From Halorubrum sp. (lineage in GTDB: Archaea > Halobacteriota > Halobacteria > Halobacteriales > Haloferacaceae), in contig PWGU01000212.1 of assembly GCA_003554605.1 (NCBI GenBank), positions 2,773-66,772 on the forward strand: 64,000 nt of DNA. The letters are read 5' to 3'. Position 1 is the first letter of the stretch. Every line of letters begins with the position of its first letter. Both the position numbers and the translations under genes were made by a program. The notes below the pieces were generated by a model that was given only the letters and a program-made list of their open reading frames with translations, did no database searches and was not told where the DNA came from. Positions 28,834 to 38,502 of the stretch are shown in pieces.

Positions 28834-30696
28834 ATGGCAGACCGCCATGGCAATGACAACTCGGGTAATGGGAGGCAAACAAACGGTGCGGCGGGGAACG
28901 GTGACCTTACTGGCCCCGATAGCGGCCTTGGGCGACGGTCCTTCATGAAGCTCACCGGTGCCGGCGCGGCGATCGCCACGACTGGCGTGGTCGGCGCGGC
29001 CTCCGCGCTCGACGGCGTCGATGCCGACACGGTCGTCGACCTCGGCGAAAAAGGGCTCTCCGAAGGGGACCGCATCGACCCCTACATCGAGGAGTACTGG
29101 AACGACGGCGTCGAGGTCCACGTGCCCGCCGGCGAGTACGACTGGGGTGGCCGTGGATTCAACCGATCCGCCTCGCGAAACGCGGCGATCATCGGGCAGG
29201 GCGAGGTCATTCTGAACGCCGTCGAGAACCAGTACCGGAATCAGATCATCGCGCAGGAGGGAACCGTCGCGGTGAAGAACTTCACCGTGCGCGGACGAGT
29301 CGAGGCGTCACGGATTCGCCTCGAATCAGTCGAGGGTGCCCGCGTCGTCGTCGAAAACTGGAACTTCCCGGACGGCTCGGAGGCCGGCTCCAGGGGACGC
29401 GCGTTCTACTGTCCCGGCGACCACGCCGGCGAAGTCGTGATCCGCAGCTGTTATATAAAGGGATTCGACGACAACGGCATCTACGCGAGCTCGCCCGGCC
29501 GGGACGAGGGCGGTCGCGTCGTCGTCGAGAACTGTTTTACCCACAACAACAACATCGCCGGGATCCGCATCGGCGGGCGAAACAGCACCATCCGAAACTG
29601 TGTCGTTCTCAACGACGGCTCTGCGCCGGTCGCCGCGTCCGGCCACCGGAACCAACGCGGGGTCCGCATTGCGAACTTCGAGCACTCCGAAGACATGGTG
29701 ATCGAGAACCTCGATGTCATCCACTCGGGCGAGGAGCTCGGCGGCGGCGGCCCCATCCGCTGGTCGGGGGATTCGCCGCTGAGCACCGGGCACATGGAGA
29801 ACGTTCGGGTGTACAACACCAACGACAACGTCGCCGCGATCGCCAACAGGCGGCACCGTGCCGAGGGATGGACCGGGAACGACATCAAGGTCGCCGGCGA
29901 CGGTGACCTCGACGTGCCCGACTGGTTCACGGACGTTCGCGTCGGCGACGAGTTCGACGTGCGAAACCCCTCGGAATACTCCAACGAAGGGGTAGAGCTC
30001 GTGTTGGTCACCACGGACTCCGACGGCATCGAGTACGAGTTCACCACCACGGGGCCGATCACCCCGCTGTACAACCGGGACTCGTACCGGGCGAACCAGT
30101 CGGAGCCCGCGGATTACGCCGAGGAGAACGACGACGAGACGTGGACGGCGTACGGACAGACGGCCGGCGGGAGCGGCGAGAGCGGTGACTCCTTCACGTT
30201 CGAGGGAGGGATCACCGACTTCTCCGCGACGGGGGACGTCGAATCGCTCACGATGTATGCCGACGGCAACGAGGTCACCGTCGACGAGCTGCTGGAAAAA
30301 TACGGAGAGACCGTTGACGACGAGTCGGACGACGCTTCCGACGAGACGACGGACGACGCTTCCGACGAGACGACGGACGACGATTCCGATGAGGCCACGG
30401 ACGACGCTTCCGATGAGACCACGGACGACGCGTTATCCAACCGGGTGATCGTCGACGGGACGCGCGTGAACTCCGTCGCGGCCTACACGTTCAGCGTCAC
30501 CGGTGACGTCGAACTCGACGAGGCGATCAGCTCCGAGGGGAATAGCCGATGGGACGACATGGACGATGTCGTCGAGGACGGGACCGTCACCGGCGTCGTC
30601 GCGAAGGGTATCGACGGGTTCCGATACTCGGGGGAGATCACCTCGATAAACGTCGACGGCGTCGTCGACGTGTCCATCGAAAGCACGGACCTGTAG
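28834..30696 (+). CDS. Tat-secreted right-handed beta-helix protein with acidic repeat linker and C-terminal beta domains
   Basis: RRSFMK twin-arginine; IKGFDDNGIYAS, HNNNIAGIRIG; similar to 659-2032. Confidence 0.75.
   Translation: MADRHGNDNSGNGRQTNGAAGNGDLTGPDSGLGRRSFMKLTGAGAAIATTGVVGAASALDGVDADTVVDLGEKGLSEGDRIDPYIEEYWNDGVEVHVPAGEYDWGGRGFNRSASRNAAIIGQGEVILNAVENQYRNQIIAQEGTVAVKNFTVRGRVEASRIRLESVEGARVVVENWNFPDGSEAGSRGRAFYCPGDHAGEVVIRSCYIKGFDDNGIYASSPGRDEGGRVVVENCFTHNNNIAGIRIGGRNSTIRNCVVLNDGSAPVAASGHRNQRGVRIANFEHSEDMVIENLDVIHSGEELGGGGPIRWSGDSPLSTGHMENVRVYNTNDNVAAIANRRHRAEGWTGNDIKVAGDGDLDVPDWFTDVRVGDEFDVRNPSEYSNEGVELVLVTTDSDGIEYEFTTTGPITPLYNRDSYRANQSEPADYAEENDDETWTAYGQTAGGSGESGDSFTFEGGITDFSATGDVESLTMYADGNEVTVDELLEKYGETVDDESDDASDETTDDASDETTDDDSDEATDDASDETTDDALSNRVIVDGTRVNSVAAYTFSVTGDVELDEAISSEGNSRWDDMDDVVEDGTVTGVVAKGIDGFRYSGEITSINVDGVVDVSIESTDL
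30328..30432 (+). repeat. 4 x 24-bp coding tandem repeat (DDASDETT)
   Basis: gacgacgcttccgacgagacgacg and variants, in frame. Confidence 0.85.
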
Positions 30697-30698
30697 TC

Positions 30699-30917
30699 AT
30701 GACCTGGACGTCACTGGACGAGTGGGAGCGACTCGAACCCGATCCCGACCCGGTCCGTGACCTCGGCTACGCGGAGAGCAACTGGAACGTCTCGGAGACG
30801 GACCAGTACGGCAACCGGCATCTGGTGTTCGTCTCGAATCGACCCGCGGATCGCGATCACGAGGCGTTCATCATCGCCGACGAGCACGCCGTGCAGGACC
30901 TGATCGAGAGTCGCTGA
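30699..30917 (+). CDS. small acidic hypothetical protein
   Basis: ATG 2 nt after the upstream stop; DPVRDLGY...EAFIIADE. Confidence 0.6.
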   Translation: MTWTSLDEWERLEPDPDPVRDLGYAESNWNVSETDQYGNRHLVFVSNRPADRDHEAFIIADEHAVQDLIESR

Positions 30918-31047
30918 GGGGAGGGGGAAAGATTCCCATCGGGGGATGACGGCGAACGGGAGAACAGTCCCGTGACGTGCGCGATTCGAGACGCCGGCGA
31001 CCGACGTGACGGTTCCGACCGCCTCCAGTCCCGTCGCGTCACCGCCG

Positions 31048-31065
31048 ATATTTGTCGTCTAACAA
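31048..31065 (+). promoter_or_regulatory. cluster motif ATA-N9-TAACAA
   Basis: ATA tttgtcgtc TAACAA, 25 nt before ATG 31091. Confidence 0.7.
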
Positions 31066-31090
31066 AGCGTCGTGGAGGCGAGCGATAGCC

Positions 31091-31303
31091 ATGGCCGACG
31101 GGACCCACAAGGAGCGTGCTCGGGAGGTGAGCGAGCGGGCGTACGGGATGGTTCTACGGGGGATGGCGGCACTGGTCGTGCTCGTGATATTCGCTGGCCT
31201 CGCGTATCTCGTCAGTATCGACCGGATCGACGGCGGGGCACTCCTCCTGTATGCGGGCGTCCTCCTCGGATACATACTGTGTTCCGTTTGGCGTCAAAAA
31301 TGA
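31091..31303 (+). CDS. small two-TM membrane protein
   Basis: Two hydrophobic segments; ATGA overlap with next gene. Confidence 0.6.
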   Translation: MADGTHKERAREVSERAYGMVLRGMAALVVLVIFAGLAYLVSIDRIDGGALLLYAGVLLGYILCSVWRQK

Positions 31304-32130
31304 GCAACGACTCGCGGCTTCAGCAGTACGTCCCCGACTGGCTATGGTCGAAGACGACGACCGTCCGGGGCGTCATCGCGCTCACGCGCAAGCAGGACCT
31401 CACTCATACGGCTGCGGGGGTCGCGTACTACACGTTCGTCGCAACGATACCGCTCCTGTTGCTCGTCGTCGCCGTGACATCCGTTCTGGGTGGGGAGGCC
31501 TTGGTCGATCACGTCACCGGGCTGATCGGCCAACAGCTCTCACCGTCGGGACAGCAACTCGTCGCAGAGACGTTGATGGACAACACGGGCCGGGGAACCG
31601 CGTCGCTGCTCGGCGTTCTCATCTTGACGTGGAACGGACTGCGGGTGTTTCGTGGCCTCAAACACGGTGTTGAGCGGATGTACCCGGACGCGCCGGAGAG
31701 CTCGCTGCGTGAAGAGTTCCGGGATGCCATCGTCGTCGCCGCTGGACTCTTCGCCGCCGGCACGCTGGTGGTCGCCATCAGCGTCCTCCTCTCCGTTTCA
31801 CCCCAGGCCGTTCCGGCCGGCGACGCCGTCGGAAAGGCCACCCTCGTCGTCGTGCTGATAGGAATCCTGCTGCCGATATACTACGTCCTTCCACCGGTCG
31901 AAACGTCGGTTTCCGGGGTGCTCGCCGGCACCGCCGTCGCGGCGGTCGGGTGGGTCGCGCTTCAAACCGGGTTTCAGGTGTACGTGGGGAGCGCCGGCCA
32001 GTACGGAGCCTACGGGGTGATCGGCGCGCTTCTGCTTTTCGTCACGTTCGTCTATTTTGCCAGCATCATCGTGCTCCTCGGGGCCGCGGTAAACGCCGTC
32101 CGGAACGGTGGTTCCACGGGCACCCAGTAG
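31300..32130 (+). CDS. YihY/virulence factor BrkB family membrane protein
   Basis: AAGVAYYTFVATIPLL, YGAYGVIG, LLGAAVNA. Confidence 0.85.
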   Translation: MSNDSRLQQYVPDWLWSKTTTVRGVIALTRKQDLTHTAAGVAYYTFVATIPLLLLVVAVTSVLGGEALVDHVTGLIGQQLSPSGQQLVAETLMDNTGRGTASLLGVLILTWNGLRVFRGLKHGVERMYPDAPESSLREEFRDAIVVAAGLFAAGTLVVAISVLLSVSPQAVPAGDAVGKATLVVVLIGILLPIYYVLPPVETSVSGVLAGTAVAAVGWVALQTGFQVYVGSAGQYGAYGVIGALLLFVTFVYFASIIVLLGAAVNAVRNGGSTGTQ

Positions 32131-32173
32131 CTGTTTCGACAGCCTCGGAATCGCAAACTTCGCAAGGGACGCT

Positions 32174-33106
32174 TCAGGTCGCCGAGACCTCCCGATACAC
32201 CTCCATCAGCCGGTCGGCCATTTTCGTGATGCTGACGTCGTGTGCTCGGTCCCGTCCGTTCGAGCGCCGCCCATCCGTGATCACGTGGACGGCCCCGGAG
32301 ACCAGCGTCTCATCCACCTCGCTGACGACCGACGGGGAGACATCGGCGAGCCGCTCGGGCACGTCGCCGACCGGCGTCGAAACGACTGGGAGGTTACACG
32401 CCATCGCCTCCTTGACCGAATTCGGCGATCCTTCCCGTTTCGAGGTCAAAAGCAGCATATCGGCTGCGTTCATGTACAGCGACATCGACTCGTGCGGGAC
32501 GCCGGTCACCGTGTGAAGCTCGACGTCGGGGTCGACCCGTCGACGCACCGCCGAGACGATCCACTCCGCCCTGGGGAAGTCCTTTACGTCACGTTGGGTC
32601 GGGTACGGAAACAGGACGTGCTTGGCGTTCGGGTCCCACTCGAGCGCCTCGATGGCCTGCGATCGTGGCTGCGGCGTGAACCGCTCGAGGTCGACGCCGT
32701 GTGGGATGACGTGACAGTCGTGACCGTACGCCGTCGCCATCTCCTCGGACATCACGATGGTGGCGTCACATCGTTTCGTGAACTCCTTCGTGATCGGCCC
32801 GTACCGTCCCATGAGGTCCGTCCCCCACAACGAGACGACGGTCGGGAGCCGTTGCTGGAGCACCGCGGCGGGAGCGGTGAGACCGCTGTTTGCGTGCAGG
32901 AGGTCGTACTCGCCCATGGAGTGACGAATCGTCGGGGGCAACAGCCGAAGATAGTCGACGACGGACCGACGTCCATCCCCCTCGACGACCGGCGTCGGCA
33001 GCGACACCGTGGTCTGCTCCACGCCGCGACGCGCCAAGATCTCCACCTGCTGGGTGAAAAATCGGGCTTTATCGGTCGTGACGAGGTTGAGGACTCGCAT
33101 CGTCAT
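32174..33106 (-). CDS. glycosyltransferase family 4
   Basis: IPHGVDL, TSKREGSPNSVKEAMACNLPVV. Confidence 0.9.
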   Translation of the reverse strand: MTMRVLNLVTTDKARFFTQQVEILARRGVEQTTVSLPTPVVEGDGRRSVVDYLRLLPPTIRHSMGEYDLLHANSGLTAPAAVLQQRLPTVVSLWGTDLMGRYGPITKEFTKRCDATIVMSEEMATAYGHDCHVIPHGVDLERFTPQPRSQAIEALEWDPNAKHVLFPYPTQRDVKDFPRAEWIVSAVRRRVDPDVELHTVTGVPHESMSLYMNAADMLLLTSKREGSPNSVKEAMACNLPVVSTPVGDVPERLADVSPSVVSEVDETLVSGAVHVITDGRRSNGRDRAHDVSITKMADRLMEVYREVSAT

Positions 33107-33195
33107 CTGCTCGCCTGCGACCGTTGACCTCCCTCCGTCGGTCGTGCGCCATCGTTACGAGACATTAGTGATCCGAACAGCCGCCGTCTCACGGA

Positions 33196-33213
33196 TTGTT
33201 ATGGCTCCCTTAC
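33196..33213 (-). promoter_or_regulatory. cluster motif GTA-N9-TAACAA
   Basis: Minus strand GTA agggagcca TAACAA upstream of GT4. Confidence 0.7.
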
Positions 33214-33229
33214 CGGGCACGACGCTGGC

Positions 33230-34699
33230 TCAAGCGAAATACTCCCGTATTTCGACGACGTCCACGAGGCCGGAGCCCACGGACAGAACGGCCCAAACGG
33301 CGACGCCGAGACCGACGACGCCGATGAAGGAGGGAATTCCGGACACGTGCGGAACGAGGGCCGCCACCGCGACGCCCATCACGAGTGAGACGGCCGTGAC
33401 TCCTGCGGTGGAGCGGAGGATCCGTGCGAACGAGAGCGGAAGCTCACGCGAGATGATGACCACGTTCGCGCCGACGTACACGGAGTGGGTGATGACGGTC
33501 GCGAGCGCAGCGCCGGCGACGCCAATGACGGGTATCAAGAGCAGGTTCAAACCGAAGTTCGAGACGGCCATGGTGGTCTTGACGATCGCCCGTTCACGGG
33601 CCCGACCGAGAAAGTCGAGTGCGTCACTCGTGATGCGGGACACCGCGTTCACGAGAACGTACAGCGAGAAGATCTGGACGACGATCACGGCCCCGGCGTA
33701 GTCGGGACCAAAGACCTCCCGAACGAGCGGCCCCGCGACGAGAAACAGTCCGACTGCAGCGGGCACGTACAGTATCACGATCGCCTCGAAGGACCGCTCG
33801 TAGATCCGTGCTGCACGCGAGTCCTCCTTCCCGGCCTTCTGTTCGCCAACCGTCGGCGAGATCGTGCTACCGAGCGAGGTCGCCGGCGCAACGGCGACCT
33901 GCGAGACCTGCTTGCCGACCGTGTAGTACGCGACCCCGAGCGGACCAACGATGATGCCGACGAGGATCGTGTCGACTTGCTTGTCGAGCATACTCGCCCC
34001 CCGCGTTGCGGTGAGCGGAACTGCGTACTCGAGCAGCCGTTGCACGAGGTCGTCCGCGCGGTCGACCGTGGCGTCGTACGTCCGGTAGAAGCGTCCGTAC
34101 AACAGCGCGCCGCCGAGCGCAGCGGACACCGCGAACCCGAGGACATAGCCGAGAAACGCGCCGGCCGCCCCGAATCCGACCGAGACGAGAGCCACGACGA
34201 AGATGAATCGCGCAATCGCTGACACGGCGGCGACGAGCGCGCTCAGGTCGACCCGGTTGAGTCCCTGAAACACGCCCGAGACGAGTTCTCGAAGCGACTG
34301 AAAGACGATGTACCCGGCCCCGAACACCAGAATCGAGGCGAGGCCGGGCTCGTCGAGAAGCGTCGCGATGAGCGAGCTCCCGGCGGAGATGGCGACGCCG
34401 ACCACGAGCGAGAGGACGAGCAAATATCCAAGGGCGGCGCGGATCACGTAGCGGACCTGGTCGCGGTCCACCTCGCCGTACTCGGTCACGTATCGGCCGG
34501 CCGAGGAGGGGATCCCGAGCGTGCCCAAAATGGCGACCGCGCCGATGATCGAGAGGGCATAAAACAGCAGGCCGTACTCCTCGGGCGTCAGCAGGTACCG
34601 TGCGAGGACGACGATGAGCAGGGCGTTGGCGACCGTGTCGATCAGGTTCGCGCCGAGCGAGGCGCTGACGCCGCGCGAGATGCGGTCGGCTATCGACAT
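33230..34699 (-). CDS. Wzx-type flippase / polysaccharide exporter
   Basis: Many TM segments; LARYLLTPEEYG, VDTILVG, NLLLIPVIGVAGAALAT; upstream GAA-N9-TTACAA at 34888-34905. Confidence 0.9.
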   Translation of the reverse strand: MSIADRISRGVSASLGANLIDTVANALLIVVLARYLLTPEEYGLLFYALSIIGAVAILGTLGIPSSAGRYVTEYGEVDRDQVRYVIRAALGYLLVLSLVVGVAISAGSSLIATLLDEPGLASILVFGAGYIVFQSLRELVSGVFQGLNRVDLSALVAAVSAIARFIFVVALVSVGFGAAGAFLGYVLGFAVSAALGGALLYGRFYRTYDATVDRADDLVQRLLEYAVPLTATRGASMLDKQVDTILVGIIVGPLGVAYYTVGKQVSQVAVAPATSLGSTISPTVGEQKAGKEDSRAARIYERSFEAIVILYVPAAVGLFLVAGPLVREVFGPDYAGAVIVVQIFSLYVLVNAVSRITSDALDFLGRARERAIVKTTMAVSNFGLNLLLIPVIGVAGAALATVITHSVYVGANVVIISRELPLSFARILRSTAGVTAVSLVMGVAVAALVPHVSGIPSFIGVVGLGVAVWAVLSVGSGLVDVVEIREYFA

Positions 34700-35046
34700 T
34701 CAGGGGACTGACCGCGATGTGACGACCGGATAGTACGCGCCCCATTCGGGAACGCGACCCGTGGACTCCGCGATCCGAACGGGAGCGGAAGGGTGATCGA
34801 AACGGTGGGGACGGGGGTAACGTGGGAGTGAATCGATATCATGGTCGTCGTGTCCGGTTTCGTCTTCGACTGGACCGAGCGATTCCTTTGTAAGGATGTG
34901 CCTTCCCACGGCGTCGCGTGCGGCATCAGCGGACAACCGGTGTGATTTTCCGGACGAAGTGGCTCCGATCTCACTATCCGGACTCCCAAAGATCGCGCGT
35001 CGACACGGATCGCACACAGCCGTCCTACCGGCTCTATCCGCACGCC

Positions 35047-35064
35047 GTATGGCGAGATTAACAA
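35047..35064 (+). promoter_or_regulatory. cluster motif GTA-N9-TAACAA
   Basis: GTA tggcgagat TAACAA, 29 nt before ATG 35094. Confidence 0.75.
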
Positions 35065-35093
35065 AGCGATTCGGAGTCACTTTTGGAGTATCA

Positions 35094-36095
35094 ATGGAGC
35101 TTCGACAACTCACCCTCGAGGAATGGGACGACGCCCTTCCGTCGACGGGGATCGAGGCGTTTCACACGGCCGCGGCGCTATCGGTTCTCGACGATCACAC
35201 CACGAGCGACCTCCACCTCGTCGGGGGATACAAGGGTGATAGGCCGGTCGCGCTGTTGCCGGTGTTCGTCCGATCGATGGGGCCCGGAAAGCTGGTCACG
35301 TCGCCCCCACCGGGGATGGGCGTCCCGCGACTCGGACCGATACTGATGCCGGCGAGCCCGAAACAGAGCAAACGGGAGAAGGTATTTCGGTCGTTCGCTG
35401 ACCTCGTCGTGGAGGAGTTCGACCTCGACAGCTACACGACGCTGTCGAAGATAACCTGTCAGCCGGTGTTCGGCGACCCACGACCATACGTCTGGAACGA
35501 CCTCTCCTTGCAGACCAAGTTCACGTACCTGCTCGACGCCTCCAACAGCGATCCGGAGGAGATCCGCAATGGGGCGAGCAAGAGCCTGCGCCGGGAGATC
35601 CGTGACGCGACCGCCCTGGGCATCGAGATCAGACGGGAGGGGGCCGACGCCGCACGCCGAGTGTTCGAACAGACGCGTGATCGGTACAGCGAACAGGGGC
35701 GGTCGTATCCACTCACCTGGCCATACGTTCGGGACCTGTACAATGCGCTCGACGGGATGGCGCGTGTCTACGTGGCCCGGTCGGAAAGCGGAGAGTTTCT
35801 CACCGGCGTCACCGTGTGTTACTCTCCCGATGCGGCCTACTTCTGGCAGGGTGGCGGCCGGACCGTCCACGAGGGCGTTGCCGTCAACAGCCTCATCCAC
35901 TGGGAGGTTCTGAACGACATCGCAGCCGACCCGCCGACCGAGACGGTCACCGCATACGACCTCTACGGTGCCAACACGGAACGCCTCTGTCGGTATAAAA
36001 GCAAATTCGGTGCGAAGCTCGTTCCCTACTACAGCCTCGAAACCGACGGCTACCGGATGGCGGTCGCCGAGCGGCTGTACGAACTCGTGAAGTGA
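35094..36095 (+). CDS. FemAB-like GNAT family protein
   Basis: SPPP..RLGP, DPRPYVWN, SKSLRREIR, YDLYGAN...YKSKFG; paralog of 19280. Confidence 0.8.
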   Translation: MELRQLTLEEWDDALPSTGIEAFHTAAALSVLDDHTTSDLHLVGGYKGDRPVALLPVFVRSMGPGKLVTSPPPGMGVPRLGPILMPASPKQSKREKVFRSFADLVVEEFDLDSYTTLSKITCQPVFGDPRPYVWNDLSLQTKFTYLLDASNSDPEEIRNGASKSLRREIRDATALGIEIRREGADAARRVFEQTRDRYSEQGRSYPLTWPYVRDLYNALDGMARVYVARSESGEFLTGVTVCYSPDAAYFWQGGGRTVHEGVAVNSLIHWEVLNDIAADPPTETVTAYDLYGANTERLCRYKSKFGAKLVPYYSLETDGYRMAVAERLYELVK

Positions 36096-37015
36096 CCGCC
36101 GTGCGAATACTCACGCTCGTCGGGAACGACCACTCGGGGTTTTTTAAACAGCAGGTGGCCGGCATCAGAAAGCGCGGTCACGAGGTCGACGTGCTCCCGC
36201 TCCCAGGGTACTCAAAGGAGGTCGACAGAACCGTCGCAACGTACGCACGATACTACGTCCGAGCAGTCGTCTCAGCGTTTGGAGGATACGATATCGTCCA
36301 CGCAAACTACGGACTGACCGCCCCGCCAGCAATCGTACAGGCACTCAGACCCACGGTAGTGACGCTGTGGGGCTCCGATCTGATGGGAACGTATGGGTCC
36401 GTGAGTCGATTATGTGCCCGTTTCGCGGACGAGGTGATCGTGATGTCCGAGGAGATGGCGGCGGCGTACGGCCACGACTGTCACGTCATTCCGCACGGCG
36501 TCGACTTGGACCTGTTCCGGCCACAAGCGACCGCGGTCACCAAACGGGAGCTCGGCTGGGATCCTGACGCCAAGCACGTCCTGTTCCCATACGACACCGA
36601 TCGAGCGGTGAAGGACTTTCCACGGGCGGAGCGACTCGTCGACCGCATCCGGTCGTCGATCGACGGCCCAGTGGTGTTACACACCATCTCGGGCGTTGAA
36701 CATCGGTCGATGCCGCGGTATATGAACGCGGCCGACGTGCTGCTTTTGACCTCGAAACGGGAGGGAATGCCCAACTCCGTGAAGGAGGCGATGGCGTGTA
36801 ACCTCCCGGTCGTCGCGACGGCGGTCTCCGACCTCCCGATGCTGCTTTCCGACGTTTCACCGTCGATCGCTCACGCCGATGACGACGTCCTCGCCGACGC
36901 GTTGTTGGACATTCTGCGATCGACCGGCCGCTCCGACGGAAGGGTTGCCGTCAAGCCGCTCGGAGTGAATGCACAGATCGAGAAGCTCGAATCCGTGTAT
37001 CTGAGCCTCGTGTGA
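36092..37015 (+). CDS. glycosyltransferase family 4
   Basis: TSKREGMPNSVKEAMACNLPVV; close paralog of 32174. Confidence 0.9.
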   Translation: MTAVRILTLVGNDHSGFFKQQVAGIRKRGHEVDVLPLPGYSKEVDRTVATYARYYVRAVVSAFGGYDIVHANYGLTAPPAIVQALRPTVVTLWGSDLMGTYGSVSRLCARFADEVIVMSEEMAAAYGHDCHVIPHGVDLDLFRPQATAVTKRELGWDPDAKHVLFPYDTDRAVKDFPRAERLVDRIRSSIDGPVVLHTISGVEHRSMPRYMNAADVLLLTSKREGMPNSVKEAMACNLPVVATAVSDLPMLLSDVSPSIAHADDDVLADALLDILRSTGRSDGRVAVKPLGVNAQIEKLESVYLSLV

Positions 37016-37054
37016 ACGGAATTGGAGGGGTGAACTCCTACGGAGGTGCGGCCC

Positions 37055-38173
37055 TCACGAGCGATCGCCGACGAACGGCGAGGCGAACCCCTTTCCTGCT
37101 TCGATGACGTGGGGAAGCGGGTCCATCAGGCTGAGGTTTGACGACGTGTCGCTGGACGCGAGATCCTTGACGACAGCGGGAGCCGCTCGCGGCCGATGAA
37201 AGGCGTGTTGAAGGTCGCCGGAGAGCGGCCACTGAAATCGGTGCGGTTGGAACGTGAACTCGGGCAGCCCCGTCCCGGCCATGTGACAGAGTAGCGCGGT
37301 CGGAAAGTCGAGTCCGGAGGCGATCCCGAGATCTAACGAGCCCCACAGCTTCGGGTTGATCTCGATCAGGTTTGGGGTGCCGTCTGCGCCGCGTTTTAAC
37401 TCGACCATCGCCGGGCCGTTCCAATCGAGCGAATCGAGCACCTCCTTGCCGATCGTCCCAAGCTCCGCAGTCGGCTCCGACTCGGCACACGCGCTGATGC
37501 CGCCCGACGGCGGGTACTCCCGGATTCGGGTGTGTGAGTAGCTGCCGACACAGTTGCCGTCGAGATACAGAGCAAAGTAACCACAGCCCTCCCCTGAGAT
37601 GTACTCCTGAACGATCGGATCGTCGTCGTATCGCGAGCGATACGTTGCTACCTTCCGCCGGAGTTCGTCGGCTTCGTGCGCGTATTTGACGTATTTCGGC
37701 GCGGACTCGATCGGTGGCTTGATCACGAGTGGAAATCCGCACTCATCGACCATCCGTCGTTCGTCGGCAGCGTTGGAAACCTGGGCTGTTTCCGGGGTCG
37801 GAACGCCGAGGCATTTCGCCAATCGGTACGTCTCCACCTTCCGCTGTGCAGTCCGCATGGCCCCGGAATCCGGGAGGACGACGTCGACGTCCGGGGTGAG
37901 TTCAGATCGGTTGCTGACCAGAGCCCGCGTCGTCCATCCACCGACCGGTAACAGATACTGGTAGCCGAATCGGTCGATGACGGCGTTCAACGATCGGACG
38001 TACTCCAGCGGATCCGACCGGTCGATCCGATGTGGCCGGTCCACGTGTTTCGAGAGGCCGGCCATCGAGAGCGGATACGACGCAACGACCCCCGTCTTCG
38101 TCGTTCGGGGGGAGATGGTCCGAACGACGGATAGCGACTTTTTCATGATCCCGTCAGTAACCAAGACATCCAT
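37055..38173 (-). CDS. ATP-grasp carboxylate-amine ligase
   Basis: FPLVIKP, IVQEYI, IREYPPSGG, IEINPKLWGS; variant motif GAA-N9-TACTTT 27 nt before ATG 38173. Confidence 0.85.
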   Translation of the reverse strand: MDVLVTDGIMKKSLSVVRTISPRTTKTGVVASYPLSMAGLSKHVDRPHRIDRSDPLEYVRSLNAVIDRFGYQYLLPVGGWTTRALVSNRSELTPDVDVVLPDSGAMRTAQRKVETYRLAKCLGVPTPETAQVSNAADERRMVDECGFPLVIKPPIESAPKYVKYAHEADELRRKVATYRSRYDDDPIVQEYISGEGCGYFALYLDGNCVGSYSHTRIREYPPSGGISACAESEPTAELGTIGKEVLDSLDWNGPAMVELKRGADGTPNLIEINPKLWGSLDLGIASGLDFPTALLCHMAGTGLPEFTFQPHRFQWPLSGDLQHAFHRPRAAPAVVKDLASSDTSSNLSLMDPLPHVIEAGKGFASPFVGDRS

Positions 38174-38312
38174 TTGCACCACGCTCTCGGTCAGGCCTGT
38201 AAAGTAGCCAGTGCCTTCGCGTTCGAGTGTGGCATTACCGATCCAGCAGTGCTAAAGAAAGAAGCGCTCGGATCACGGTGAGATGGGACACGTCGAGGGG
38301 ATCGGACACTCC

Positions 38313-38330
38313 GTATCCGGTGGGTAACAA
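38313..38330 (+). promoter_or_regulatory. cluster motif GTA-N9-TAACAA
   Basis: GTA tccggtggg TAACAA upstream of the epimerase operon. Confidence 0.65.
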
Positions 38331-38502
38331 TACCCCACACCGACGGGCGGTTTCACTATATGGCCAACGAGACTCGAACGACGGCTCCCGAACCGTACCG
38401 AGTGGTTGGGGAGACGTTACTTGGGAAGCGCGTGAGCGATGAGCCGTCGGCACCACCGACGGCTGTGCCGCCCAGCGACCGAGATGTCCGCGTGGATCGC
38501 CG

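Noticed and set aside
30328-30432. 24-bp tandem repeat as CRISPR or a regulatory array
   Set aside because: No spacers; it encodes an in-frame acidic linker
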